Source: Entomortierella parvispora E1425 (taxonomy: Eukaryota > Fungi > Mortierellomycota). Taken from it: a DNA stretch of 64,000 nt. Every line of letters begins with the position of its first letter. The first letter of the stretch is position 1. The stretch lies in the NCBI GenBank assembly GCA_020891255.1, contig BQFW01000004.1, positions 1,674,001 through 1,738,000 of the forward strand, read 5' to 3'. Below are positions 36,001 through 46,930 of this stretch, in pieces. The position numbers were made by a program, and so were the translations under genes. Below the pieces are notes generated by a model. It saw nothing but the letters and a program-made list of their open reading frames with translations, made no database searches and was not told the DNA's origin.

Positions 36001-37747
36001 CGATGATGAGGAGGACGATGTTGATGACGATGATGACGATGATGAAACGGATGTCAGCGATAGACTGAGGAAACGCCGTGGTGGAGCGAAAGCATCACAT
36101 AGCGACCATGATCAACTGTTCATGCCATCTCTCCAGGGTGTGTTTTCCAACACTGGACGCCATGCCGATCGTGCACGTGGATCATCCAGCACTGGAACAA
36201 AGAGCGCGAAGGATACCCGGAATACGACTGCCACTCTTGGCCCCTCGACGGGCTCTGAACATACAGGACAGTTTTCTAGATTACAGGAGGGTACCTCACC
36301 TGCGTCATTTGATTCCCTTCCACCTCGCCCCCCTTCACCGCCAAAGCCACTGACCCGTCGCCAGAAACTACGACAATTGCGGAGGTTATTTATGGATATT
36401 AGAGACGAGATTGGTGATGGCTCTAGACCGCCCAGTGTCATCCTCGACACGAAGAGTTCGACCAGAGGGGCTGCCGCTGTTGGAGGGCTGTCCATAGGCT
36501 CTGTAGGTCCATTGGACGATGGAGGTCGATCGTTGAAGGCAGAGTCGTTCTCGGACGACCCTTCGTTTCAATACCGTTCTCCGATTGCAACTGCAGCTGC
36601 TTTCGCCAACAGACTTCATCACGGATCTGGGTCAAGCGCTGGATACCCAGAACCAGAGAGCTCCAATCAGCCCTTCTTTTCGAGGAGTAGGGTCGGAAGC
36701 GGTGGCGGGATAGGGAGCGGCGGGATAGGGAGCGGCGGGATTTTATCGCCAGTTGCCAAGCACACGACAAAGCAGCAATTGCAGCCGTCCTTGCAAGGAA
36801 ACAATCCCATGAACCCGCCCGCAAGTGGTCGCAAAAGTCCTTTTGAATGGGCGGCAGCAGCAGCGTCTTCGGCAGCGGCCTCGATTACTTCGTCAGCATC
36901 AGGGATTGTTACTGGAGGGTTCGGGGGTAATGGCAACAATGGCAATGGGGGTTACAATGGCTCAAACCACGGAAATAGCAACAACGACTTCACGGTTGCC
37001 TCTGCGAGCAATTTTGGAGGATCTCGTTTTGAGCATCGGTCTGGGCCTTCAGGGTCGAGCCATTACAGTCGACAGTTCACGATGCCATCCCCCCACATAC
37101 CATCGCCTCAAGGACAACAGCCCTCTCACCACAATCATCAGTCTCGCTATAGCGGCAGCACTAGCCACTTTAAGACCTCGACCACTGGAACCACGACTCC
37201 ACCTATGGATCCTTTTGCATACGAGTCGACGACATCTGTCACCTCCTCAGGGACGAAGCAAAGCCCAAATCTGGTTTTTTCAAGCAGATTTGATGCTGGC
37301 CAGGGAACTACACGAAGACAGTCTATGACCGCCGCAGGAGCTGCAGCAATGAATATCAGCCACTCCAAAACTACTGGAGCGGGTGAAACCTATAGCAGCG
37401 GCGGTGCCGGGTCCCCCGTCTTATCCATGTCCTCACCTTCAAGACTTCGAAGCAGTGGGCATGGATTTGGGGGTAGTCATCACTCCAGTGCCTCGAGCTC
37501 AACGACCGGTATGACTGTGCCTGTTTCGACTGCCTCCGGTGGAGGAGTTGGATCTGCCACTCCTGCCTCGATGCATATCAGGGAGAAGGGTGGAGAGCAC
37601 AACGGACGTTGGGATTGGTAAGCTTCATGTCTTTCTAGCCATTCATCATTTGTAGCCATTTTATACCAAAGAAAAAAATATTTACTCACCTATGCACTGA
37701 CACGTTTTCTGTATGTGCATGATAGGATGCCTGGTATCTTTGCTTGA
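31069..37747 (+). CDS. MTMR14: Myotubularin-related protein 14 (phosphoinositide 3-phosphatase) with a very long disordered C-terminal region; about 9 exons
   Basis: CFALFEKDY...NGQLCPSYP, FARVRARFVIP, ICRSATLS, DLMVENRKVKYGLKVTSSEKVD, PYPGVEFF, catalytic HCISGWDRTPLF (CX5R, split by an intron) and GYDWFLF. First exon 31069-31167. The last exon (37726-37747) is inferred; without splicing the stop is at 37621. Confidence 0.88.
31563..31594 (+). repeat. (GT)16 microsatellite in MTMR14 intron 1
   Basis: Directly visible perfect dinucleotide run. Confidence 0.95.
36704..36741 (+). repeat. 15-bp coding tandem repeat GGCGGGATAGGGAGC x2.5 (GGIGS)
   Basis: Two perfect copies plus a partial copy, in frame within MTMR14. 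Confidence 0.9.
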
Positions 37748-38010
37748 GGAAAGCTCCCTGAACCTCGCATCTCATTCTATATTTGTAATACAGTAAACTG
37801 CTTTTTGCGACCTTGCCCAAAAAAAAAAAAAAAAAAAACGCGTCTGTGTTGAGATCACGTGCCATTTTTTTTATTCTTCTTGGAAGTCTTTTTGCATGTG
37901 ATCAGTCGCGCCACCATCTTTTTCCATTTCGATCGTTGCAACCATCCACAAACACACACACACACACATATATTCCCAAAAACAGGAGAACAGGAAAGAA
38001 AGAACCAACA

Positions 38011-39110
38011 ATGCCGTACAGCCCCAGCCCAGAAAGATCCTCAGACCGACGAGGCCCACCCCGTGATTGGGATGCGCCTGAGCAAGAGGATGGCGAGATT
38101 AGTTATGGCGGCAGCTCTCGACGAGGCGGCAGTGGCGGCAGTCGAGGATCACGCGGTGGCCGTAGCGGCGGAGGCAGAGACCGGTCAAGGTCAAGAGACC
38201 GAAGGGATCACAGGGACAGTCGCTCAGGCTATGGAGGACGTGATGATCGGGACCGTTATTCTTCAGGGAGACGAGGCGGTGGCAATGATTACAGATCGGA
38301 CAGGCGAAGGTCTCGTTCGAGATCGCCTTATCGTAAGTGTCTGTGTTTCTTTGTGGAGGCAGGGTCCCAAGGAGTGGTTACTTTCCTTGTGTCTAACTCG
38401 CCAACCCTTTCCCCTTGCCTCGCTTGTTATTTTATTTAGGTCGTGGAGGAAGATCGAGATCTAGAAGTCCAAGGAGCAGCAGACGAGGTAAAGATAGAAT
38501 GTTTCTGAACGAAAGTTGACCCACCCTGCCGTTGCAACTTTTTTCTATCCTAGAGAAAAGTTCAAATATTTAACCCTATTTTTACTTTTATATGTCTCTA
38601 GGAGATGGCGATGATGATTACAGGAGAAGACGTGTAAGCGACAGCGACTCTGAGGATGACAGGAAACCATCCTCGAAAAAGACTGGCGATGGTGGCTCCA
38701 AGGAAAACAAGGCTATCGATGCGGAGCCTGACAAACCTTTGGAGGAATTGTCCCCAGAAGACGAGGAAGCAAGGATGATGGCGTTGATGGGCTTTGGAGG
38801 TTTTGATTCGACCAAGGTATGATATGAAGAAAGAATGAAAGAAACAGTTGTCAGATGAGTTTACTGACCTATATTTTGATCTATCATACCACTCTTATAG
38901 GGAAAGAAAGTCCCAGGCGCCGATGTCAGTGGAGCAGATATCAAGAAGCAGAGACAATACCGTCAGTACATGAACCGTCGTGGTGGATTCAATAGGTAAG
39001 CTGGCACCACCTCGTGTCCATTGACCTTCATAAATAGTTGACAGCCGCTCCATGTCATAATTCTGACCTTGCTCATGTTTGATCTTTTTAGACCGCTCGA
39101 CGCCAAGTAA
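38011..39110 (+). CDS. SNRNP27: U4/U6.U5 tri-snRNP 27 kDa protein (RS-rich plus DUF1777); 5 exons
   Basis: RS dipeptide-rich N-terminus. C-terminal MMALMGFGGFDSTK|GKKV...KKQRQYRQYMNRRGGFNR|PLD. Confidence 0.93.
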
Positions 39111-39364
39111 TCTCTTCTTTTGGATCACATCATATCCATAATAAATGCATCAAAGGTGGATGGCTGTTCTATTCTTTTTGTATTATTTTTGATTTTTTTT
39201 TAATTGTTTTGATTCTATGTGACAATGTTGTTGATGGACCCTACTTGCATGCTCCGAGGACTAAAAGCATGGCTGGCGTAGGGAATCTGAAGTGGGATGG
39301 CATCAGGATGAAATAAAAATGGGCAGGAAAAACAAGAAACAAAAAGCGACTGGTAGATCACATT

Positions 39365-40726
39365 TTACTTTCCAGGAACACCCCGAAGGGGTCCGGCTTC
39401 AGTGCCAAACAGCTTTCTGGCCTCCAAGAAATCATCCGAATCCATGGTATCGAGGACTTGCAATTCCTTGCGAACATAGTCAACCAAGGTGGCAATCTGT
39501 TCAGGTGATCCACTTGATGTGAACAAGTTTCTAAGTTATTGAATAGACAAAATCCGGTGAGCCAGAAGAACATAGGTATATGACGACCAATACAACATGA
39601 AGTACAGCTATGTTGAAAATACCTCCAAAGAGCGGCAGCCATGATAGGGTCATCCTTGCACATGCCCTCGTCGTAGGCCAAAACGCCTCCATGGAATTGT
39701 GCCAAAAAGTCGTGCATGTAAGTGCTGATAATCCGTCCAGACGAGATCTAAAGTTTGCAATTATCAGGAAACCCTGTTGTTAGAAGCTGTATTCATCCTT
39801 TGTCTAAACCTTGCATTTCAGCGATCCCTTCCTTACCTTATGGTTGTATCTCATGCGATCTTCGATATCGTGGAAAAAGTGGTTGACAAGCTGCTGTTGA
39901 AAGACCTTTCCATGGTTTTCGGCTCTGATACGGACCATCAACAACCAAACGTGCAAGTGAGTGATTGAGAACCAAGTCTGGAAGTTGTCTGGCAATCCGC
40001 AGGCTATGGACGAGAGGAATGGAAATAGGCAAGAGTTAAATTCCGGTCACCTCTGTCCTCAATAAAAGTCGGTTGCCATCTTTCCCGAGCAAAAATATGA
40101 CATACTGTCGATCCAGAAAGAGCGCTTATCCTGCAACTGAGCAGCACAGATCTCGTAGAATCGGTGAGTGGATCGCATGGCTGTTTGACTGACGGTGTAG
40201 TGGCCAGTGACCTTGGCCAAGCTTCTCAAAAATCCGCCATAAAGTCCAGTAGCCTCCTTGGGTTCAGCTGCAGTTGTTGATGCCGGTGATGAATCTTTTG
40301 ACTCTGATGATGTTGCTGAGGGTGTGGAGGCTTGCTTTGATCGGTTCCATGATGAGGTTGCAAAGGCCTATGGTTTGCATAAAGATCAAAAAAAAAATGT
40401 CAAAAAAGAGGGTAGAACCGGTTGTCCAGGCGCGTTTTGTCGACAGCTTCCTCTGCGTACCCGTGTGTTGATAGCTGTGAAGTTCTTTGTCATAGAGGCT
40501 CTTGCGACGTTCTAAAAGATGAAAAGAGCGAGGAAACCCCGTTCATGTTAGACTTCATTTGTTTTTCTAGTTCATGTAGCATGCATTGATCAGCTCCGAG
40601 GCATGTGGGGATGAACTGGTCCAGTCTTGTTGTTCCCGGATCCAGCTCTCTCCTCGGCATGATTAGAATGAAACATACACGCGCAGCCTGCAGAGTCGAG
40701 CGGGCAATGATGGATGAAGGTGCCAT
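39365..40726 (-). CDS. CBP3: Ubiquinol-cytochrome c reductase assembly chaperone Cbp3/UQCC1; about 6 exons
   Basis: CGLPDNFQTWFSITHLHVWLLMVRIR, QQQLVNHFFHDIEDRM and QFHGGVLAYDEGMCKDDPIMAAALWRNLF. Mitochondrial presequence-like N-terminus. Confidence 0.92.
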
Positions 40727-40959
40727 GGAGATGGATGTGCGAATGCGACGGCGGTGAGAAGAGACAAGGAGACAAAGTGATCAACCTACTCCACCCAGCA
40801 GGCCTTGTTTGTTCCTCCGGGAAGACGGAAACAGCGAAGGAACGTGCCTGGGGACTGCTTTTTTTTTTTTTTTTTGTCATTTCTGGTTTTCACAACTGGT
40901 GCAGACGCGCGTGTTCTCTCTTCTTTTCTTTTCTTCCTCCATTCCCTTTCCTCCTTTCC

Positions 40960-43056
40960 ATGTTGACCTTGTTTCGAAAGACCCGTCGAACCGTTCCAAT
41001 AGTTCCGGCAGTAAACCAACTGCTGCCTGTCCGTCCATCGCCCGTAGAGATTAGCGAGATCCTCGGCCTGATCCTCTCGTTCCTGAACCCATCCACTCTC
41101 AAGCAAGTTGCTGCTCTCGTGTGCCGACAATGGCTCCTCGTAGCCAACACACTCATCTACCGCCATCTACACGTCGAGCAGAAGCACCCCAAGTCCTGGG
41201 AGAATTTAGAAAAGAAGCTTCTCGTAACAGATGAATTGACGATTGGCAGGACCATAACACCAGTGATACTCATTGTCGGCTTTATAGAAGGGGCACTGTG
41301 GACCAGGGCATTGCGGCAGGTGGAAGTTGCATTGTTACAAATCGGCAAACAGTCAACTGGGAGACAGCATCGACTTGCCAGCTTAAACTTGAACCTTGAG
41401 TGTCAATTGAATGATCCGTTGGAGCGTATCCTGTCATGCTTTAATCCCGGTCGACTTACCAAGTTATCCCTGGATATGCCATTTCGGGCTGGTCCAATCT
41501 CGATTGGAGGAATTCTAAAGCAGTGCCCCAACCTTTGCTCATTGTCGGTGAGCGCCAACAAACGGGCTGTCGCAGATGACATCGTTGGCGAAGTAAACCA
41601 TGCCGAGATTGCTGCGAACAGCGCCGCCCTACCGTCGACTCCTTTGCCGTTACAGTCCTTGTGCTTTCACAACCTGAATATAGCACCTAATGAGCTAGTC
41701 AAACTCCTCCCAAGACTCGGGCATCTTGTTGAGCTTCGTTTGCTATCCGTTAGACCGGTGGTGGGAGCGGATCCTAGCGACCTTAACGATCATGAAGCAG
41801 GCCGTTTATTTTGGTCAAGTGTCGCTCAACACTGTCCTTCTCTCGAAACCATAGCCTTCAGCATCCACCCGCGCCAAGGCATGAGATACCCAGTCCCTGT
41901 GGAAAGGTTTCCTCATGTTTCCTCGTGGGGGCTTGATTCTGATCTACTTGGGGTGGGAGCCACACTTCGCTCTTTGATGGACCACAATGTGAAAGACAGG
42001 CTCACAAGTCTAGAAATCATTGGAAGGTCAAACAACTCGGCGATAGCAAACAATCTCCGAGACGATTTACTGAATCAGATTCTGCGCAGGTCGACACATT
42101 TGCTCCATTTCACTACGGATCAGTTGATGTTAACATCTACAGTTCTTTGGGATCAGAGGCACTATGATACCCTCTGGGACTGTCGACAGCTGAGGACGTT
42201 GTCGATTAGGTTGGAGTCTCGTTGGAATAGGAAGGTCGAAGGCAGATCATTTTCGAGCAGGCATGTCTTTGGGTACTTGAGTCGGATCTGCCCAATGTTG
42301 CAGCAGTTATCGCTCACGATTGATTGTCAGGTCCTAGCGCTAAAAAGTGGCCTCTGTCTCTTGACGCGCTTGGAGTATCTTGAGCGGCTGACGATAAATG
42401 TCGAAGGATCTTTCGAATATGATCTGGACCAAGTGGAAGGAAAAGACTTTGCATGGCTCCAAAATTACTCATCCGAGCGTCGACAGCCATCACAACCTGC
42501 GTCGAGTTTGGTATCATCGTTCTTCTCTCATGCAAGCGTCAGTAGCAGTAGCTCGCGACACGCTCAGCGAACCAGCTCATTTGAACGGGACTGTTCCGAT
42601 TGCATCAACAAGAACTGGTGCGAGGCTACACGCGACCAGATTTCAGGCTATACGTTTCCTAGAGGACGTAGGACATGGATGGACACACGTCGAGCCAAGA
42701 TCCGACAGCAGCAAATAGAAAACGACTACTGCTTTGACTTTGGCTGGGAGGTTCCTACGGTGGATGGCGTCAAAGACTTTATGATCTATGGAACATTTCT
42801 TGATATTGAGGCGCGTCTACAGGGTCATCTTTTTCAGCAAATGCAAGAGAGGGATCTGCACCAACAACAAAAACAGGAGCACCCCGGATTGTTGCTTACA
42901 CCGACTTCGCCCTGGCCAAATATGGAGCGAGTGTCGTTTAGTTACCGCGACTGCGCTGGTCAGCAGGGCAAGTTGGTTCGAAAATATACCGAGTTGGGCG
43001 TTCAGGTTATGAAGCAATTGAGACCCGACATCAAGATCTCTTGCGAGTTTACGTAG
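40960..43056 (+). CDS. F-box/RNI-like protein, intronless, about 698 aa (family A, paralog of 4727-6907)
   Basis: ISEILGLILSFLNPSTLKQVAALVCRQWLLVANTL F-box. Shares FGYL.R.CP, SGLCLLTR and GTFLDIE blocks with 4727-6907. Likely start MLTLFRK at 40960. Confidence 0.86.
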   Translation: MLTLFRKTRRTVPIVPAVNQLLPVRPSPVEISEILGLILSFLNPSTLKQVAALVCRQWLLVANTLIYRHLHVEQKHPKSWENLEKKLLVTDELTIGRTITPVILIVGFIEGALWTRALRQVEVALLQIGKQSTGRQHRLASLNLNLECQLNDPLERILSCFNPGRLTKLSLDMPFRAGPISIGGILKQCPNLCSLSVSANKRAVADDIVGEVNHAEIAANSAALPSTPLPLQSLCFHNLNIAPNELVKLLPRLGHLVELRLLSVRPVVGADPSDLNDHEAGRLFWSSVAQHCPSLETIAFSIHPRQGMRYPVPVERFPHVSSWGLDSDLLGVGATLRSLMDHNVKDRLTSLEIIGRSNNSAIANNLRDDLLNQILRRSTHLLHFTTDQLMLTSTVLWDQRHYDTLWDCRQLRTLSIRLESRWNRKVEGRSFSSRHVFGYLSRICPMLQQLSLTIDCQVLALKSGLCLLTRLEYLERLTINVEGSFEYDLDQVEGKDFAWLQNYSSERRQPSQPASSLVSSFFSHASVSSSSSRHAQRTSSFERDCSDCINKNWCEATRDQISGYTFPRGRRTWMDTRRAKIRQQQIENDYCFDFGWEVPTVDGVKDFMIYGTFLDIEARLQGHLFQQMQERDLHQQQKQEHPGLLLTPTSPWPNMERVSFSYRDCAGQQGKLVRKYTELGVQVMKQLRPDIKISCEFT

Positions 43057-43329
43057 ATAGATATCTACACACCCATCTTCATTACATTCCATAGAAAGGA
43101 GAAGGGTTGCTAGCACAATGGTCTGCATGCTCTTTGCTGTGCTGAGGGAGGGGGTTGCTTTTTACTTACTTCATTCCCTGTGTTCACAGAACCGTTCGTG
43201 TGTCACCAACTCTTTATCGAATTACAGTGCCACAATAATGACGCCGTTCTTTTGTTTGCGGTCTAACTTTTTGTTTTGCGCTCTTTCTCTTTTTCACTCT
43301 TTCTTCCTTTTTCACGGCCCGCACTTGGA

Positions 43330-44244
43330 TGTTGGTCACTCGATACAGTGGTCCTTACACATGGAGTGGACATCTCTTTGGATCTTTGGACATCTTAAGT
43401 AGAGCGAGCTTGCCCACTCTTACAAGAGGTCACTGGCGATTCGTGGCCAGGTGCTGGTGCCTGAGAGTGGGCTTTGCCTTTTGACCCGGATGCGGGCATT
43501 AAGACGACTTGTGCTCTACACGTCACTTCCGGAAAGAATCAATTACAGTCCGTTGGAACGGGTCGACTTTGCGTGGATCCGAGGAGGAGGACCTCTGCCC
43601 ACGCAGTATGTCCCTGAGCCAACACGGCCTCAGTCATGCTCGAGTCGATTCACGTCTTTCTTTTTAGATCCCAGAGCTGCTTCTTCATGGGAGAGTCAAA
43701 GGGGCTTCGTTCTTCTACCGTTCCTCTTGCTCATAAACAGTACGAGGAGTGCCTAGACAAAATGCAGAAAAAAACCATTCTCTCACCAGAGTTAAAGACG
43801 CTTCTTGGTGGCCAGCCTGCGATCGAGGTTAACTGTGAAGTGATGCGACGGCAACAAACGGAGAATGGGGTTCGTTCTGATTATGAGAGACCAACCCCCA
43901 TGGTGGACGCACTGGTGAATTTTGAATTCTGTGGTTCGTATCTGGATATTGAAGGCTGCCTTCAAGCCCAGCTCTTTCGACTGCGACAGATCCAAGAAGC
44001 TACAACCACAATGGAGAAACAAGGTCAGACGCGGGGGTCGATGGTGGCACCTGTTGCATCGCCCTTTGCCATTCTGAAATCGCAGCCTTGGCCAAACATG
44101 GAGTTGATTAAACTCTCGTTTGGACCTTGTTGGGGCCCCAAGGGCAGTTTGATTCGGAGGCAGGCAGAACAAGGTCGGATCCTGATGCAACTGCGGCCAG
44201 AGATAGATTTTTCCTGTCATTTTGAGCAGCGTGGACTGAAGTAA
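43330..44244 (+). pseudogene. Frameshifted 3' fragment of a family-A F-box gene (tandem relic)
   Basis: IFGHL(K*), CPLLQEV, LAIRGQVLVPESGLCLLTRMR and PMVDALVNFEFCGSYLDIE...PWPNME...QLRPEIDFSC lie in successive different frames. The F-box and N-terminal half are absent. Confidence 0.8.
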
Positions 44245-44401
44245 AGAAGCACAGGCCTCATCGTCATTGTTATATCTAAAGGATTGCCTCTTTTTATTTT
44301 CTTCCGCAGTCCACTCCACCCGTCTCTCTCCATCTCTTGCGATTGTATATTTAAAGAGAGAGAGAGATACCCATGGAGAGGTCGTAACAGGAAGTTTTTT
44401 T

Positions 44402-45841
44402 TTAAATTGGAGACCGAGCACGACCTTTGGGGACTATGATTTTGATTGCAGGCCATTGATCCCTCATCCAGCGAAGGTGTTTTTCTGAAATACACTCGTC
44501 CAAATACAAAGTATCCAGCTTCCTGATAGATATCAGTTGCTCACATCCCGAGTTTGGATTGAAAGAAAGGTTGGGATATTTACGCGCGGCCACTAATATC
44601 TCCCTGATATGATCCACCCCTTGATCGCATGGTCGACAATCCAGATGCTGAAGTTCAGTGAGCCTTGAAAGCTGTTCAAAGATCTGTGGGCCCCAACGCC
44701 GGTCCACAGATCGGATGGGCAGCGTCAAAGACCGGAGACCAAGACATGCCCAGGGTTGGACAGTGGTCGTATCCCGATTTCGAAATGATTCTAGAGCACT
44801 GTCAATATCGCCCGGTTGTTTGGTACCAAAAGCATCGAGCCTTTGCTTGAAAATCCGGTCAGATACTTCATGCACATTCCTTTGCATTGCTCGGCTATGT
44901 TCGGCGCCTAGACCAACTACGAGCTCATGTCCTCCTATGGGAACTGAGGCGAAATAACGCAGCCTTGGCGATGACACCAGAATTCTCTGGAGCATCCAGC
45001 TCCGCAAATAAGTGCATCCTGATACGTCCAGGTGCTCAATCGTCTCGAAATGTCGCTCCATGGATTGCATAAACATGTACCACACAAAAGAATTGCGGAC
45101 ACAGATCCTTTGCATTGGAGGACAGGAATCCAATATGAGCGCCATCTCCGAATCAAGCACTCCCCGCAAGGTGAGGCTTTGCAACTGCGAAAAGAGCGGA
45201 GGTCGAACAAATCGGAGGACGCCTGACATGCGCTGGCAACGTGTCGGTTCATGGTGATAGAAATAGGAGTCGTTTTCCAAGAGGCGGACGTTTGGGCAGC
45301 CTTCTACTAGGGAGATCGCCAATTCCGAAGGACGACATCCAAAAATCGTAAGCTCCTTCATATCCGTGTACGGCCTGCTCGACTCGACTAGGTTCGCAGT
45401 TGCTTCGTTCATTTGCAAATCACAATTGACCAGCTTTAGGACCGAGAGTTGTGGCACGAGTTCGAGCAGACGCTGTGTGTTCTCTGGACTCAGATTCAGG
45501 CCCCCAAGAGTGAGCTCGCGCAGGTTCAAGCAAACTCTTGTCCACGAGAAGTCGATAGGCGTGCCGGGAGGATCATTGTCTTTCTCGCTCTCTCTAAGAC
45601 TCGAGGTGTATATTGCGTCTCCGATGATTCCAGGTGTGCCGTTGGAAATGACGAGCTTCTGAATGAGATGTCCATGGCATGCTAGAGTGGCCTCTGGAAA
45701 TACGAGATTCAACAAGTCCACTCTCTTGTACACCAGAGGTGTCAGCAGTTTATTCCATGTCTTGCAGACTTTGACACAGGACGCCAAGTCGGAGCGGGTG
45801 AGGAGTCCCCCGACCAAAGAGGCGATCTCGGGGATGTTCAT
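44402..45841 (-). CDS. F-box/RNI-like protein, intronless, about 479 aa (family B)
   Basis: MNIPEIASLVGGLLTRSDLASCVKVCKTWNKLLTPLVY F-box, LRR-like repeats and PWACLGLRSLTL...IFEQLSRLTELQHLD. Confidence 0.87.
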   Translation of the reverse strand: MNIPEIASLVGGLLTRSDLASCVKVCKTWNKLLTPLVYKRVDLLNLVFPEATLACHGHLIQKLVISNGTPGIIGDAIYTSSLRESEKDNDPPGTPIDFSWTRVCLNLRELTLGGLNLSPENTQRLLELVPQLSVLKLVNCDLQMNEATANLVESSRPYTDMKELTIFGCRPSELAISLVEGCPNVRLLENDSYFYHHEPTRCQRMSGVLRFVRPPLFSQLQSLTLRGVLDSEMALILDSCPPMQRICVRNSFVWYMFMQSMERHFETIEHLDVSGCTYLRSWMLQRILVSSPRLRYFASVPIGGHELVVGLGAEHSRAMQRNVHEVSDRIFKQRLDAFGTKQPGDIDSALESFRNRDTTTVQPWACLGLRSLTLPIRSVDRRWGPQIFEQLSRLTELQHLDCRPCDQGVDHIREILVAARKYPNLSFNPNSGCEQLISIRKLDTLYLDECISEKHLRWMRDQWPAIKIIVPKGRARSPI

Positions 45842-46015
45842 GATGATGATGAGAGCTGATGTCGTTCGAGAAAGAGCGAGAAAGAGAGGGCCCGAAAGTG
45901 AGGGCCCTGATTTTGTGAGCACACGTTCGTCGTGTTCGCACTCACCAAGCGCGTCAAAACGCGGCGCGCACGCAATCCCCGAGGCATCATTTTGTCTTCA
46001 TTCAGCCTCATTCCA

Positions 46016-46699
46016 ATGGACATGCCAAACGTTGTTTTACGCTTGGGATGGCACATTTATCGGGCTGACCTTGCAGCTTTCCTCCGAGTCTGCAAGTTGT
46101 GGCACCACTGGCTGGCGCCTTACTTCTACCATGCGATCGACGAGTAGAAAAGGCACAGGCCCACTCCAGAAGCTCTTGGGTGCATGTTTATTGCTAGTTG
46201 GATGACTAACACACTCTGAAGTCGCGTCTGGAACGCGCACGAGCTAGTAACTGGACCAGAAGCAGATAAAAGTCGAGCGGACGAATTTCTCCGTAGTCTC
46301 GGAGAGGACCAAGAGATAAAGACAGACTTGGTGCTCGAAGCCAACATGAGGTCCTTCGAAGTTCTGGATAGAACTGTCGTGCATCCCTGGGCTTGTACTG
46401 GGCTCGATTCATTAACGATCTGCATCGAAAATGTGAAGCAAAGCTGGTCAGAGCAAGTCTTTGCACATTTATCCGAGTTCAATCAACTTCGGTCGCTCAA
46501 TGTGTCGATGCTTGTGCTCCTAGACAGAGATCCGCGGGGTCGTTGTCTTTCTTTCGTGCTAAGTGTTGGTTTGGGACGGCTGGCATCGCTCAAGCCCCTA
46601 GAGTCTATCCTCTTTGAAGGAGTAGCCCATGACACTGAATCAATAAGTGGATGTTGGCCTAATGGCCCGATATTCACTTTGATAATCGGCTACCTTTGA
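46016..46699 (+). pseudogene. Internally deleted, stop-containing relic of a family-B F-box gene, inverted relative to 44402-45841
   Basis: The F-box MDMPNVVLRLGWHIYRADLAAFLRVCKLWHHWLAPYFY ends at a stop (46147). It is followed by GCMFIASWM..* (compare GCTYLRSWM), AHELVTG (compare GHELVVG) and PWACTGLDSLTI...VFAHLSEFNQLRSLN. Confidence 0.78.
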
Positions 46700-46750
46700 A
46701 TGCCAACGTTCTATAAACCAATCAACATTAAACTTTGGGGTAATTTTCAA

Positions 46751-46786
46751 TTGCCCTCAATCCTCCACTTGCCCTCAATCCTCCAC
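46751..46786 (+). repeat. Perfect 18-bp tandem duplication TTGCCCTCAATCCTCCAC x2
   Basis: Directly visible; intergenic, between the F-box relic and the PEX19 3' end. Confidence 0.9.
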
Positions 46787-46930
46787 TTGCTATTTTTCAT
46801 CTTGTCGCAATAGTGAGGCAGCAAACCCCACACCAATCTCCAGCAGGAGGTGCCAAATGGGTCATGACATCGATGAGTGATCTTTGGGTAATAATATTGA
46901 CTATTGTTGGCTCTCCTATTCTGTCGCCGT

